Assembly: GCA_965250285.1 (NCBI GenBank)
Contig: OZ252299.1
Location: forward strand, 1,120,001 to 1,184,000
DNA length: 64,000 nt
Reading direction: 5' to 3'
Source: Myxococcota bacterium
Lineage (GTDB): Bacteria; Myxococcota_A; UBA9160; UBA4427
Shown here: positions 31,948 through 44,408 of the stretch, one piece after another
Layout: each line of letters starts with the position of its first letter
Numbering within the stretch: the first letter of the stretch is position 1
Notes under the pieces: model-generated
Databases searched by the model: none
What the model saw: the letters and a program-made list of their open reading frames with translations, nothing else
What the model was told of the DNA's origin: nothing
Program-made: the position numbers and the translations under genes

Positions 31948-33025
31948 GTTCCTGCTCGAGAAACTGCTTCACGGCGCCCGCGAGCCGCGGGTCGGCGAGA
32001 TAGTGGACGCTGCGCGTCGGGTAGGCGTCGAAGCCGCGCATCTGCTTGTACTCGCCGCCGGCGCCGGGCTCGAACTTCTGCAAGCCATAGTCGATGCAGT
32101 GCTCGACGGCGGCGTAGTAGCAGACGTTGAAGTGCAGGTGCCGCAGGTCGACGGTCGCCCCCCAGTAGCGCCCGTAGAGCGTGTCGCCCTTGGCGACGTT
32201 GAACGTCCCGGCGATGGGCTCGTCGCCGCGCCACGCCACGATGAACACGAGCCGGTGCTTCCAGCGTTGGCGCAGTAGATCGAAGAGCTCTTCGTTCAGG
32301 TACTGCCGGCCGTAGTAGTGGCCGCGCACCGTCGCGACATAGAACCGATACATCGGCTCGAAGAGCTCGTCGGGGATGTCCTCGCCGACGTGGTGGCGGA
32401 TCTCGACGCCCTGTCGATCGAGCTCGCGTCGCTCGCGCTTGATCTGATTGCGACGCTTGCTGCGAAAATGGGCGAGGTAGTCGTCGAACGTTGCGTAATC
32501 GTGGTTCAGCCAGTGGTACTGCAGCCCGACGCGCAGCATGTAGTCGCTTGCCTCGAGGCCTTCGATCTCGTCCTCGAGGCAGAAATTGACGTGCACGCCC
32601 GATAGCTCGTTGCCCTCGCAGGTCGCGCGCAGGGCCTGGGCCAGCAGATCGCGCCAGGGCCCCGGGTCTTCGCCTTCGGCGACGAGCAGCCTTCGGCCCG
32701 TGACCGGCGAGAAGGGCACGCCGACGAGCATCTTGGGGTAGTAGGCGATGCCGGCGCGCTCGGCCGCGTCGGCCCAGCCCCAGTCGAACACGAACTCGCC
32801 TTCGCTGTGGCTCTTGATGTAGAGCGGGGCGGCGGCGACGAGGCGCCCATCCTCACGGATGGTCAACGGCCGGGCGTCCCAGCCCGTTCGCGGTCCGACG
32901 CAACCCGCCTCTTCGAGCGAGGCCAGCCAGTCCCACTCGAGAAAGGGCGATGCGTCGCCGACGAGGGTGTTCCACTCGTCTCGGTCGATCGCAGCGACGC
33001 CCTCAGCGAGCTCCAGCTCCGGCAT
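31883..33025 (-). CDS. DUF482 / FemAB-like GNAT-fold protein
   Basis: YIKSHSEGEFVFDWGWA, YYPK..VPFSPVTG, LYGRYWG, LHFNVCYY, EPGAGGEYK..RGF. Confidence 0.9.
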   Translation of the reverse strand: MPELELAEGVAAIDRDEWNTLVGDASPFLEWDWLASLEEAGCVGPRTGWDARPLTIREDGRLVAAAPLYIKSHSEGEFVFDWGWADAAERAGIAYYPKMLVGVPFSPVTGRRLLVAEGEDPGPWRDLLAQALRATCEGNELSGVHVNFCLEDEIEGLEASDYMLRVGLQYHWLNHDYATFDDYLAHFRSKRRNQIKRERRELDRQGVEIRHHVGEDIPDELFEPMYRFYVATVRGHYYGRQYLNEELFDLLRQRWKHRLVFIVAWRGDEPIAGTFNVAKGDTLYGRYWGATVDLRHLHFNVCYYAAVEHCIDYGLQKFEPGAGGEYKQMRGFDAYPTRSVHYLADPRLAGAVKQFLEQERARAEDTIDWYRDQSQLKQRG

Positions 33026-33098
33026 TCGGCGCAGCATAACAGCCGTGCGCAGAAGCCGTGGCGTCGAAGCCCCGGTCTGGCCGAGCTACCATGAGGCC

Positions 33099-33566
33099 AT
33101 GTCCGAAAGCTCGAACGCGGTCGACTCGCCCGACCGGCAAGCATCCGGCGGGGACGAGGGGCGAACGCCCGATTCTCCGGGCGACGAGGCCCGAGCGAGT
33201 GCGTTCGGACGCGAGCGCGCGCATCGGCCCATCCGAGCCGCGGCCGGCGAACCGCCGCCCGACGCGCCCGAGCGCGAGGGTGGGCTCCAGACTCAGATCC
33301 GAAAGAAGACCACGCGGCCCGACAAGTACAAGGTGCTGCTCTACAACGACGATTACACGCCGATGGAGTTCGTCGTCGCGCTCCTGCAGAAGCTTTTCGG
33401 CAAGGGACCCGCAGCGGCCACCCAGATCATGCTCGCGATCCACAGATCTGGAATCGGGGTGGCCGGTGTCTATGTGCTCGAGGTCGCCGAGACCAAGGTG
33501 GCTGCGGTGCATCGAATGGCGGAGCAGCGGGGCTATCCCCTGCGGGCAGGCCTGGAAAAGGAATGA
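33099..33566 (+). CDS. clpS: ATP-dependent Clp protease adaptor ClpS with extended N-terminus
   Basis: YKVLLYNDDYTPMEFVV, IMLAIH..G, EVAETK, YPL. Confidence 0.95.
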   Translation: MSESSNAVDSPDRQASGGDEGRTPDSPGDEARASAFGRERAHRPIRAAAGEPPPDAPEREGGLQTQIRKKTTRPDKYKVLLYNDDYTPMEFVVALLQKLFGKGPAAATQIMLAIHRSGIGVAGVYVLEVAETKVAAVHRMAEQRGYPLRAGLEKE

Positions 33567-33573
33567 AAGAGGC

Positions 33574-35832
<2,259 letters not shown>

Positions 35833-35835
35833 CCA

Positions 35836-36483
35836 TCACGCGGCCCGGCCGCGGATCAGCTCCTCGTAGAACCCCATCAGGATCGACACCGTCACGCCGA
35901 CGACCCAGTTCGGGCCATCGACGAGGCAGTAGTGCGCGTGGAGCGCGTCGGCGCTGCGGCGGCGCAGCTCGTAGGCATCGGCGCTGAACACTCGGTCGAG
36001 CGGGATCTCGACGATCTCTTCGACCTCGCGCGGATTCGGCCGAAGCTCGAGCGGGGGCTCGAGGACGCCCACGTACGGCGCGATGTGATGACCGCTGTGC
36101 GAGACGTAGTCACCCAGTCGACCGAGGACGCGGACGTCGCTCGGCGCGACCCCGATCTCTTCGTGTGTTTCGCGCAGCGCCGTCGCCTTTCGGTCGGCGT
36201 CGGTCGCATCGGCGTGGCCGCCGGGAAAACAGAGGTGGCCCCCCGACGAGAGCGCGGGATGTCGTCGCGTGAGCAGCAGCTGCAGCGCGTCGTCGTACGC
36301 GACGATCGGGATCAGGACCGCCGAAGGCCGTGCGTTCTTGCGCGTCGCTTCGGGCAGGGGCTGCTCATGGTGGAAGTTGCGAAGAGGTCGCTGGGCGCGG
36401 CCCACGTCGCTGTCGAAGTGGGCTGCGAGCGACGCGAGCGTCTCGCGCAGCGGCGGGTGGTCGAATTCGGAGTCGATCCCCAT
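35836..36483 (-). CDS. CoA pyrophosphatase (NudL-like NUDIX)
   Basis: SAVLIP, LLTRR, FPGG....D.....TALRETHEEIG, NPREVEE. Confidence 0.88.
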   Translation of the reverse strand: MGIDSEFDHPPLRETLASLAAHFDSDVGRAQRPLRNFHHEQPLPEATRKNARPSAVLIPIVAYDDALQLLLTRRHPALSSGGHLCFPGGHADATDADRKATALRETHEEIGVAPSDVRVLGRLGDYVSHSGHHIAPYVGVLEPPLELRPNPREVEEIVEIPLDRVFSADAYELRRRSADALHAHYCLVDGPNWVVGVTVSILMGFYEELIRGRAA

Positions 36484-36540
36484 CGACCCCGAACCTAGCA
36501 GGCCCGCTCGACGCGCCCGCCCGCGATCGCCGGGGTTGGT

Positions 36541-37377
36541 TCAGGCGGAGAGGCCCGTGAGCCGGGCGCTCTCTTCCCACAGGCGCTTTGCGAGCGCTTC
36601 ATCGAGCGCAGCGTCCGAGGGCCGCTTCTCGGTCGTCTCCATGAAGTAGCGCCCCGTCTTGCCGTCGAGCTCGGCATCGCATGTCAGCATGAGCGGCCCT
36701 TGTGCGCCTTCGTCGACGCCCTTGAACATGAAGCCGACCGCCTTGCGCGCGATCCAGGGCATGTCGCGCACGATGTCGGTGGCGATGGCGCCGGGATGCA
36801 CCGCGTTCGAGGTGACGTCGGTGCCCTCGAGGCGCCTCGCCAGCTCATTCGAGAAGAGCAGGTTTCCGAGCTTGCTCTGGTTGTAGGCCACGCTCGCCTT
36901 GTATGGCTTCTCACCCCGAAAGCTCTCGAAGTCGATCGCGCCGCGCTTGTGGAGCATCGAGGTCAGGTGCACCACGCGTGCGGGCGCGCTCGCCTTCAGC
37001 TTGTCGAGCAGCAGATTCGTCAGCAGGAACGAGCCGAGGTGGTTCGCACCGAACTGCATCTCGAAGCCGTCGGCGGTCGTGGCGGCCTTCTGGGGGAACA
37101 CTCCGGCGTTGTTCACGAGGACGTCGATCCGGTCGAGCTCGGCGTTGGCCCCGTCGGCGAACGCCCGGATCGAATCGAACGAAGCGAGGTCGATCTCGCG
37201 CAGCTCGAGCCGGCCCGAGAAGCCGGCATCGGCCTCGATCTCGCGCTGAGCGGACCGCGCCTTCTCGAGATCTCGGCAGGCCATCACGACGTGGGCGCCT
37301 CGACGCGCGAGCTCGAGGGTCGTCTGCTTGCCGATGCCCGAGCTCGCGCCGGTGAGTACGATCGTCTTGCCCTGCAT
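36541..37377 (-). CDS. Short-chain dehydrogenase/reductase
   Basis: TGASSGIG, NNAG, YNQSK, VHPG. Confidence 0.92.
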   Translation of the reverse strand: MQGKTIVLTGASSGIGKQTTLELARRGAHVVMACRDLEKARSAQREIEADAGFSGRLELREIDLASFDSIRAFADGANAELDRIDVLVNNAGVFPQKAATTADGFEMQFGANHLGSFLLTNLLLDKLKASAPARVVHLTSMLHKRGAIDFESFRGEKPYKASVAYNQSKLGNLLFSNELARRLEGTDVTSNAVHPGAIATDIVRDMPWIARKAVGFMFKGVDEGAQGPLMLTCDAELDGKTGRYFMETTEKRPSDAALDEALAKRLWEESARLTGLSA

Positions 37378-37400
37378 GTGGGTCCTCCCGAGACCGGATC

Positions 37401-38942
37401 CTATCCCAGCTGTTCCTTCCACTTGCCGCGCCGGAAGCTCCAGATCAGCAGCACCGAGCGCGCGATGTGGTCGACGACGAGGGCGTACCACACCCACACG
37501 ACGTCCCAGTGCAGCACGAACGCGAAGAGGCACGCGAGCGGCACGCGGAACACCCAGTTGCCGAGCGCCGCGCCGAGCATCGGCGTCCAGGTGTCGCCGG
37601 CGCCGCGGTGGGCACCGCCCAGGGTGAAGTGCAGCTGGAGAAAGGGCTGACCGATGGCGAGGGCGAGCATGAAGGGGCCGAGCGCAGCGACCACCGCGGC
37701 GTCGCTGGTGAACGCCTCGCCGAGGGGTTGTCGGAACACGGCGTAGAAGAGCCCGAGCGGGATCGACGTGCCGATGGCGAGCCAGACCGCGCGCACGCCG
37801 GTCTTGGTCGCGGTGTCTGGATCCTTCGCGCCGAGGGCCTGACCCACGAGTGTCGCGCAGGCCTGCGCATAGCCGCTGCCCGGGATCCACGAGAACGAGA
37901 GCAGCGGCACGCCGACGGTGTAGGCCGCCACCGCGACGGTGCCGAACGACTCCGACAGCACCCAGAAGTAGCTGAGCAAGCCCAGGTTCAGCACGACGCG
38001 TTCGCCGATGCCCGGCAAGGCGATGCGGACGACCTCGCGCGTCTGGGGGTTGACGCGCCCGAGCTCTCGCCAGTCGAGCCGGTCGGGGGCGTCTTGGCGC
38101 TTGTTCACGAACACCGCGATCAAGAGCAGCAGCCCGACCCCCTGGCTGATCGCCGTGGCCACACCCGCGCCGGTGAGACCCATCGGAGCGAAGCCGAGCT
38201 CGCCGTAGATCAGCACCCAGTTGAGCGCGAGCTTCACGACGGTGACCACCGCGCCGATGAACATCGGCGTGCGCGTGTCCTTGTTCGCGCGCAGCGCGCT
38301 CTCGAGCACGATGCTGACCGCGAGGAGCGTCGACGAGCCGATGACGAGGCGCAGGTAGGGCAGGCCGGCGTCGACCACCTCGTCCGATGCGCCGAGCAGA
38401 TCGAGGAGCGGGCGGGGCGCGACGAGCATCGACGCCGTGAAGAACAGCGTCACCACGACGCTCACCTGCATCGAAGACACGAGGGCCTGCCGCGAGCGTC
38501 CGGGGTCGCCTGCGCCGATGCCTCGCGCCATCAAGGCCACGCAGGCGAGACCGACCGCAAAGAGCGCCGACTGAATCAGGTGGAAGAGCTGCGTCGCATA
38601 GCCGACGGCGGCGAGGGCGGTCGCGGGCGCGATGTCGCCCTGCAGGTGGCCGATCATCATGCGGTCGACGATCCCCGCGATGCTCATCAGCACCTGCGAG
38701 AGCATGACCGGCACGCCGAGGCGAACGATCTCGGCGGTGATGCCGGTCTTCACGGCGACGCGGCGCGGGCCGATCGGCTCGGGATGGATGGCGCGGCTCG
38801 CGGCCGCGAGCGTCGTCGAAGGAAGCGTGGGCCCCGCTTCGGGATCGCCGAGGTCTTCGATCTCGCCCTCGACCGAACGCGCGAGGGCCTCGTCGTCGTC
38901 GGTCGAGCTCGCCTCGTCTTTGGGATCCGACCGCCGGGACAT
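37401..38942 (-). CDS. MATE family efflux transporter
   Basis: VDRMMIGH, LRANKDTRTPM, GLTGAGVATAIS, RGAGDT..PM; many TM segments. Confidence 0.9.
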   Translation of the reverse strand: MSRRSDPKDEASSTDDDEALARSVEGEIEDLGDPEAGPTLPSTTLAAASRAIHPEPIGPRRVAVKTGITAEIVRLGVPVMLSQVLMSIAGIVDRMMIGHLQGDIAPATALAAVGYATQLFHLIQSALFAVGLACVALMARGIGAGDPGRSRQALVSSMQVSVVVTLFFTASMLVAPRPLLDLLGASDEVVDAGLPYLRLVIGSSTLLAVSIVLESALRANKDTRTPMFIGAVVTVVKLALNWVLIYGELGFAPMGLTGAGVATAISQGVGLLLLIAVFVNKRQDAPDRLDWRELGRVNPQTREVVRIALPGIGERVVLNLGLLSYFWVLSESFGTVAVAAYTVGVPLLSFSWIPGSGYAQACATLVGQALGAKDPDTATKTGVRAVWLAIGTSIPLGLFYAVFRQPLGEAFTSDAAVVAALGPFMLALAIGQPFLQLHFTLGGAHRGAGDTWTPMLGAALGNWVFRVPLACLFAFVLHWDVVWVWYALVVDHIARSVLLIWSFRRGKWKEQLG

Positions 38943-38986
38943 GGTGGGGCAGCCTAACGGATGCCCGTGGCGGCCGCTCCGGCGCG

Positions 38987-39814
38987 TCAGTCGAGTCGGC
39001 GGTTCAACCCGAAGCGGTCTGCACCGCGCAGCATCACGGTCGGCGGCGGTGTCGGATCCCAGATCGTGGGCTCCCAGGCCGTCATCGGAATGCGCACGCG
39101 TTGGTCGGGGGCGCTGAAACGCAGGCCCATGGCGGTGCGGGCTTCGTCGGTCGGGTTGTCCGATGCATGCCACAAGTTGCCGTTGAACACGATGAACTCG
39201 CCGTCGTGCACGGGTGGGCGCACGATCTCTGCCTCCGGTTCGACGGTGCGCGCGAGCTCGAGCGCGCGGTCGTCGTTCTGCAGCTCGAGCATCGTCACTG
39301 CGCCTGTCGAGAGATCGTCCTCAGGGCGACGGCCGTAGCGATGCGAACCGGGCATGATCTTGAGTGCGTTCTCGGGCGTGGTGTTCGCGGCACCCATCCA
39401 CACGCTGACGCCACTCACGTGATGGAACTCGTTGTCGCTGTGCCAGTGAAGGCGCCCGCCGGCGTCCTGGGCGAAGCAGATCGTCGCCCACAGCATCACG
39501 TCCGGCCCGATCAGCTCGGCGACGCGATCGGCGATGGCGTCGCGCTGGGCCGTTTCGAGCAGGCGGGGCGACAGCGCGTGCAGGCTCTGGAACCAGGGCG
39601 TATCCGCGTAGCAGCTCTCTTGATCAGCGTAGATGCGCTCGAGGTCCTCGCGCGATGGGTAGAAGTATCCGCGGGTGCGCGCGAAGGCGGCCTTCAGCTC
39701 GGGCTCCAGCGCGCGAGCTTGGCCCGGCTCGAGCAGGGGGAAGGGCCCGATCCAGCCGGCCTCGTCGAAGTGGCGACGTTCGTCTTCGGTCAGCCGAGTG
39801 GCCGGCGTGCTCAA
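38987..39814 (-). CDS. Phytanoyl-CoA dioxygenase (PhyH) family Fe(II)/2OG oxygenase
   Basis: WHSD (HxD), IMPGSH, LWHAS, distal Arg; TTG start overlaps ispH stop. Confidence 0.85.
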   Translation of the reverse strand: MSTPATRLTEDERRHFDEAGWIGPFPLLEPGQARALEPELKAAFARTRGYFYPSREDLERIYADQESCYADTPWFQSLHALSPRLLETAQRDAIADRVAELIGPDVMLWATICFAQDAGGRLHWHSDNEFHHVSGVSVWMGAANTTPENALKIMPGSHRYGRRPEDDLSTGAVTMLELQNDDRALELARTVEPEAEIVRPPVHDGEFIVFNGNLWHASDNPTDEARTAMGLRFSAPDQRVRIPMTAWEPTIWDPTPPPTVMLRGADRFGLNRRLD

Positions 39815-40740
39815 TCGCGCAGCTCGGCCGGCAGCTTGAAGTGCATGCCTTCGTCGACCTCGGGGAGCGAATCGCGCACGACGCCCTCGCCGGCCAGTCG
39901 CTCGAGTCGCTGCACCACCTGTTCGACGAGAAACTCGGGCGTCGAGGCGCCGGCGGTCACGCCCACGCAGGCGACATCGGCGAGCCAGCGCTCGTCGATG
40001 TCATCCGCCGACTGAATCAGATGGCTCAGTACGCCGCGCTTCGTCGCGACCTCGACCAGTCGGTTGCTGTTCGACGAGGCGGGCGCGCCGACGACGAGCA
40101 CGAGCTGGCAGTGATCTGAGAGTGCCTTCACGGCATCCTGACGGTTCTGTGTTGCGTAACAGATGTCGTCGCGCTTCGGCAGCTGGATCTGCGGGAAGCG
40201 CTCGGCGAGGGCGTCCATGATCTCGCGCGTGTCGTCGACCGAAAGCGTCGTCTGAGTGACACAGCCGAGCTTCTCGGGCTGAGTGACCTCGAGCTGCTGC
40301 ACGTCCTCGACGGTCTCGACGAGGTGCATTGCACCGGGCGCCTGGCCCATGGTGCCTTCGACCTCGACGTGGCCGGCGTGGCCGATCATCACGATCTCGA
40401 AGCCTTCGCCCTGCATGCGGCGAACCTCGTTGTGCACCTTCGTCACGAGTGGGCAGGTGGCGTCGATCGTGTCGTGGGACTGATCTGCGGCCCGTCGGCG
40501 GACGTCGGGCGAGACGCCATGCGCGCTGAAGATGAGCTTCACGCCTTCGGGTGCCTGCTCGGGCTCGTCGACGAACACGGCGCCCTTGGCGCGCAGGTCG
40601 TCGACGACGTGCTGGTTGTGGACGATCTCGTGGCGCACGTAGACCGGCACGTCGCTGCGCTCGAGGGCGCGCTCGACGATCTCGATGGCGCGATCGACGC
40701 CGGCACAGAAGCCGCGGGGGCTGGCGAGCAGGATCTTCAC
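39811..40740 (-). CDS. ispH: 4-hydroxy-3-methylbut-2-enyl diphosphate reductase
   Basis: PRGFCAGVDRA, IVHN, DATCPLVTKVH, ICYATQNRQ, SSNS, TAGASTP. Confidence 0.97.
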   Translation of the reverse strand: MKILLASPRGFCAGVDRAIEIVERALERSDVPVYVRHEIVHNQHVVDDLRAKGAVFVDEPEQAPEGVKLIFSAHGVSPDVRRRAADQSHDTIDATCPLVTKVHNEVRRMQGEGFEIVMIGHAGHVEVEGTMGQAPGAMHLVETVEDVQQLEVTQPEKLGCVTQTTLSVDDTREIMDALAERFPQIQLPKRDDICYATQNRQDAVKALSDHCQLVLVVGAPASSNSNRLVEVATKRGVLSHLIQSADDIDERWLADVACVGVTAGASTPEFLVEQVVQRLERLAGEGVVRDSLPEVDEGMHFKLPAELRD

Positions 40741-40969
40741 GCCGTCAGGGTAGCAAGGCCGCGCGCGAGGCGGTCGATCCGGCAGGGTTCGAACGCGGCA
40801 GACAGCGCGGGGCGGTCGATCTGGACGCGTGCGCGCGGGGCGGCGCCGCGCCGCGCGGCCGTTACACTGAGGCACCCGCGTCGCGTCCCCCCGCTCGCCC
40901 CTGCGCCGGCCGTCGGACGCCCGATGCGAGATCTGGACAGCTCGATTGCGAGCGAAAGGAGAAGGTCCC

Positions 40970-42175
40970 ATGGCCGACCTCGAACAGTTTCGACAGGACA
41001 CCCGCGCGTGGCTCGAAGAGAACGGGCCCGAGAGCATCCGTGGCATGTCGGCCGACCCGATCAACGGGGTCTGGGGCGGCCGCCGGGGCGACTTCGCTCA
41101 CCCCGATCAGAAGATCTGGCTCGAGCGCATGGGCGCGAAGGGCTGGACGGCGCCGACCTGGCCCGCCGAGTTCGGCGGCGGTGGCCTGTCGAAGGCCGAA
41201 GCGAAGGTGCTCGCCGAGGAGATGCGCGCCCTGAAGCTGCCGCCTGCGCTGATTGGCTTTGGCCTCACGATGATCGGCCCGACGCTGCTCCAGTTCGGCA
41301 CCGATGATCAGAAGAAGGAGCACCTGCCGCCGATCGTGCGCGGCGAGATCCGCTGGTGTCAGGGCTATAGCGAGCCGGGTGCGGGTAGCGACCTGGCTTC
41401 GCTCGCGACGAAGGCCGAGGACGATGGCGACGGCTACGTCCTGAACGGCACGAAGGTGTGGACGTCGTACGCCGACAAGGCCGACTGGATCTTCGCTCTC
41501 GTGCGCACCGGCCCGGTCGAGCCCAAGCACGATGGCATCACCTTCCTGCTCCTCGATATGGACTCGCCCGGCGTTTCGGTCTCGCCGATCAAGCTGATCA
41601 GCGGCAGCTCGCCGTTCTGCGAGACGCACTTCGAGAACGCGCGCGCGCTCAAGAAGAACGTGATCCTCGGTGAGAACAAGGGCTGGACGGTGGCGAAGGC
41701 GCTGCTCGGTCACGAGCGCTCGATGATCGCCGACGCATTCGGCGCAGGCGGCGGCAAGTCGAAGTCGGCGCGCGGCCGGCTGGTCGACATGGCGGCCGAC
41801 TATCTCGGCGAATCGAGTGGCGGCGTGCTCGACGACGCGATCGTGCGCGACGAGATCGTGCAGGCCGAGATGGATACGCGTGCGTTCGGGCTCACCGTGC
41901 AGCGCAGCAAGGACAACGCGAAGGCCGGTCACATGCCCGGCGCCGAGACGAGCATGTTCAAGATCTACGGCACCGAGCTGAACCAGAGGCGGCACGAGCT
42001 GATGGTGCGCATCGCCGGGCCTCAGTCGCTCGGCTGGGAAGGGCCGGGCTTCGACGACGAGGAGCTCACGCTCACTCGCGACTGGCTGCGCACGCGCGGC
42101 AACACGATCGAGGGCGGCACCAGCGAGGTGCAGCTGAACATCATCGCCAAGCGTGTGCTTGGCCTTCCCGACTGA
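40970..42175 (+). CDS. Acyl-CoA dehydrogenase
   Basis: WCQGYSEPGAGSDLASL, GTKVWTS, TIEGGTSEVQLNII. Confidence 0.93.
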   Translation: MADLEQFRQDTRAWLEENGPESIRGMSADPINGVWGGRRGDFAHPDQKIWLERMGAKGWTAPTWPAEFGGGGLSKAEAKVLAEEMRALKLPPALIGFGLTMIGPTLLQFGTDDQKKEHLPPIVRGEIRWCQGYSEPGAGSDLASLATKAEDDGDGYVLNGTKVWTSYADKADWIFALVRTGPVEPKHDGITFLLLDMDSPGVSVSPIKLISGSSPFCETHFENARALKKNVILGENKGWTVAKALLGHERSMIADAFGAGGGKSKSARGRLVDMAADYLGESSGGVLDDAIVRDEIVQAEMDTRAFGLTVQRSKDNAKAGHMPGAETSMFKIYGTELNQRRHELMVRIAGPQSLGWEGPGFDDEELTLTRDWLRTRGNTIEGGTSEVQLNIIAKRVLGLPD

Positions 42176-42193
42176 GCGCTGGAGCCCCCGAAG

Positions 42194-43336
42194 ATGGAAC
42201 TTGTACTCACCGAAGACCAGGAAATGATCTCGCAGACCGCGGCCGACTTCGCGAACGATCGCTCGCCGATCACGCGATTCCGCGAGCTGCGCGACTCGAA
42301 CGACGAAGTCGGCTTCAGCCGCGCACTGTGGAAGGAGATGGCCGAGCTCGGATGGGTGGGCATCGCCTACCCCGAGAGCGTCGGCGGCGCCGACATGGGC
42401 TTTGCCGAGCTCGCGCTCGTGCTCGAGCAGCTCGGCCGCCAGCTCGCGCCCGAGCCGCTGCTGTCGTGCGCCGTCCTCGGTGGCCGCGCGCTACTGCACG
42501 CGGGCACCGATGCGCACAAGAAGGAGTGGCTCCAGCCCATGATCGAGGGCGACAAGCTCGTCGCGCTCGCGACGCAGGAGCCCAAGAGCCGCTGGGCACT
42601 CGAGCACGTCACCACGACGGCGACGTCGAGCGGCGGGGGCTGGCAGATCTCGGGCACGAAGATCCAGGTGCTCGACGGTCATGTCGCCGATGCCTTCGTC
42701 GTGAGTGCCCGCACGTCGGGCGAAGCCGACAGCGAGCAGGGCGTCGGTCTCTTTCTGGTGCCGGCCGACGCGCCGGGCGTCGCGATCGAGCGGCAGCATC
42801 GCCTCGACGATCGGGGGGCGGCGATCGTGACGCTCTCGAACGTCGAGGTCGGGGCCGACGCGCTGCTGGGTGATGCCGAGGGCGGTCTCGCCGTGCTGCG
42901 GCAGGTCGTCGAAGAAGGCACGGTGGCGCTCTGCGCCGAGATGCTCGGCGGCATGGCTCAGGCGTTCGACATGACCATCGAGTACCTGAAGGAGCGCGAC
43001 CAGTTCGGCGAGAAGATCGGCTCTTTCCAGGGGCTGAAGCACCGCGCAGCGCGCGTCTTCATGGAGGTCGAGCTGTCGCGCAGTGTGGTGATGGCGGCCG
43101 CGCGGGCGCTCGATGCGGGCGACCCGGATGCGCCGAAACTCGTGAGCCTTGCGAAGGCCCGGCTCTCGGACGCCTACGTGCTCGCCACGAACGAGGGCGT
43201 GCAGATGTTCGGCGGCGTGGGCATGACCGAGGAGTACGACATCGGCCTGTTCATGAAGCGGGCGCGCGCGACCGAGCTCACGTTCGGCGACGCGGCCTTT
43301 CACCGCCGCCGTTGGGCGGAGATCTCGGGGTACTAG
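42194..43336 (+). CDS. Acyl-CoA dehydrogenase (likely heteromeric partner)
   Basis: YLKERDQFGEKIGSFQGLKHRAA, QMFGGVGMTEE. Confidence 0.92.
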   Translation: MELVLTEDQEMISQTAADFANDRSPITRFRELRDSNDEVGFSRALWKEMAELGWVGIAYPESVGGADMGFAELALVLEQLGRQLAPEPLLSCAVLGGRALLHAGTDAHKKEWLQPMIEGDKLVALATQEPKSRWALEHVTTTATSSGGGWQISGTKIQVLDGHVADAFVVSARTSGEADSEQGVGLFLVPADAPGVAIERQHRLDDRGAAIVTLSNVEVGADALLGDAEGGLAVLRQVVEEGTVALCAEMLGGMAQAFDMTIEYLKERDQFGEKIGSFQGLKHRAARVFMEVELSRSVVMAAARALDAGDPDAPKLVSLAKARLSDAYVLATNEGVQMFGGVGMTEEYDIGLFMKRARATELTFGDAAFHRRRWAEISGY

Positions 43337-43338
43337 CG

Positions 43339-44385
43339 CTGTCCCTGACGCCGGAACAGAGGCTGCTGCGAACCTGCCGTGGTGAGCCCGTCGATCGACC
43401 GCCCGTCTGGCTGATGCGCCAGGCGGGCCGGTATCTGCCCGAGTACCGCGCGGTGCGCCAGGGCGTGAGCTTTCTCGAGATGTGTCGCGACGTCGACCGC
43501 GCCGTCGAGGTGTCGCTGCAGCCGATCGACATCGTCGGCAGCGAAGCCGTGATCATGTTCCAGGACATCTTCACCCCGATCCCGGGGATGGGCGTCGATC
43601 TCGACTTCGCGCCCGGGCCGATCGTGGCCGAGCCGATCCGAAGCCAGGCGCAGGTCGACGCGCTCGTCGTGCCCGATTCGCGCGAGTCGGTGCCCTTCGT
43701 GTTCGAGATCATCCGCACGCTGCGCCGTGAGCTCGAGAGCCGGCGCATCCCGCTGCTCGGTTTCGCGGGCGCACCGTTCACGTTGGCGGCCTACATGGTC
43801 GAGGGCAAGGGCTCGAAGGATTTCGGCACGCTCAAGCGCATGATGCACCGCGAGCCCGCGCTGCTGCGATCGTTGCTGGCAAAGCTCACCGATCTCACCG
43901 TCGACTATCTGGCTGCGCAGCTCGAGACCGGCAGCCAGGCCGTACAGCTCTTCGACACCTGGGCGGGGCTGCTCTCGCCCGCCGAGTACCGCGACTGGGC
44001 GCTGCCCTACCACCGAGAGATCGGCGACCGCCTCGACCGCTCGCTCGGCCCGTTGATCCTGTACGTGAACAACGGCGCTCATGTCGTCGACGCGGGCGTC
44101 GAGTCGGGCTTCGACGTGCTCTCGCTCGACTGGCGCTGTCGACTCGACGAGGTCGCGAAGCAATACGGCGACCGCATCTCACTGCAGGGCAACCTCGATC
44201 CCTGCGCGCTGGCTGCACCGCCCGAGCAGATCGCGCAGTGGGTTGGCGAGATGCACCGGGCCGCGGCGCCGGCGCGGGGTCACATCATGAACCTCGGCCA
44301 CGGCCTGCTGCCCGAGACGCCCGTCGAGGGCGTGAAGGCCTTCATCGCCGCGGTGAAGGCGCTGCCGACGCGCGACATCGGTTGA
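43339..44385 (+). CDS. hemE: Uroporphyrinogen decarboxylase (start CTG 43339 or TTG 43312)
   Basis: PVWLMRQAGRYLPEY, GFAGAPFTLAAY, QGNLDP, NLGHG. Confidence 0.95.
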   Translation: MSLTPEQRLLRTCRGEPVDRPPVWLMRQAGRYLPEYRAVRQGVSFLEMCRDVDRAVEVSLQPIDIVGSEAVIMFQDIFTPIPGMGVDLDFAPGPIVAEPIRSQAQVDALVVPDSRESVPFVFEIIRTLRRELESRRIPLLGFAGAPFTLAAYMVEGKGSKDFGTLKRMMHREPALLRSLLAKLTDLTVDYLAAQLETGSQAVQLFDTWAGLLSPAEYRDWALPYHREIGDRLDRSLGPLILYVNNGAHVVDAGVESGFDVLSLDWRCRLDEVAKQYGDRISLQGNLDPCALAAPPEQIAQWVGEMHRAAAPARGHIMNLGHGLLPETPVEGVKAFIAAVKALPTRDIG

Positions 44386-44408
44386 GGCCGGGCGGTGGGC
44401 AGGCGGGC

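Noticed and set aside
38987..39814. Fe/2OG halogenase
   Set aside because: The facial triad has HxD, not HxA/G
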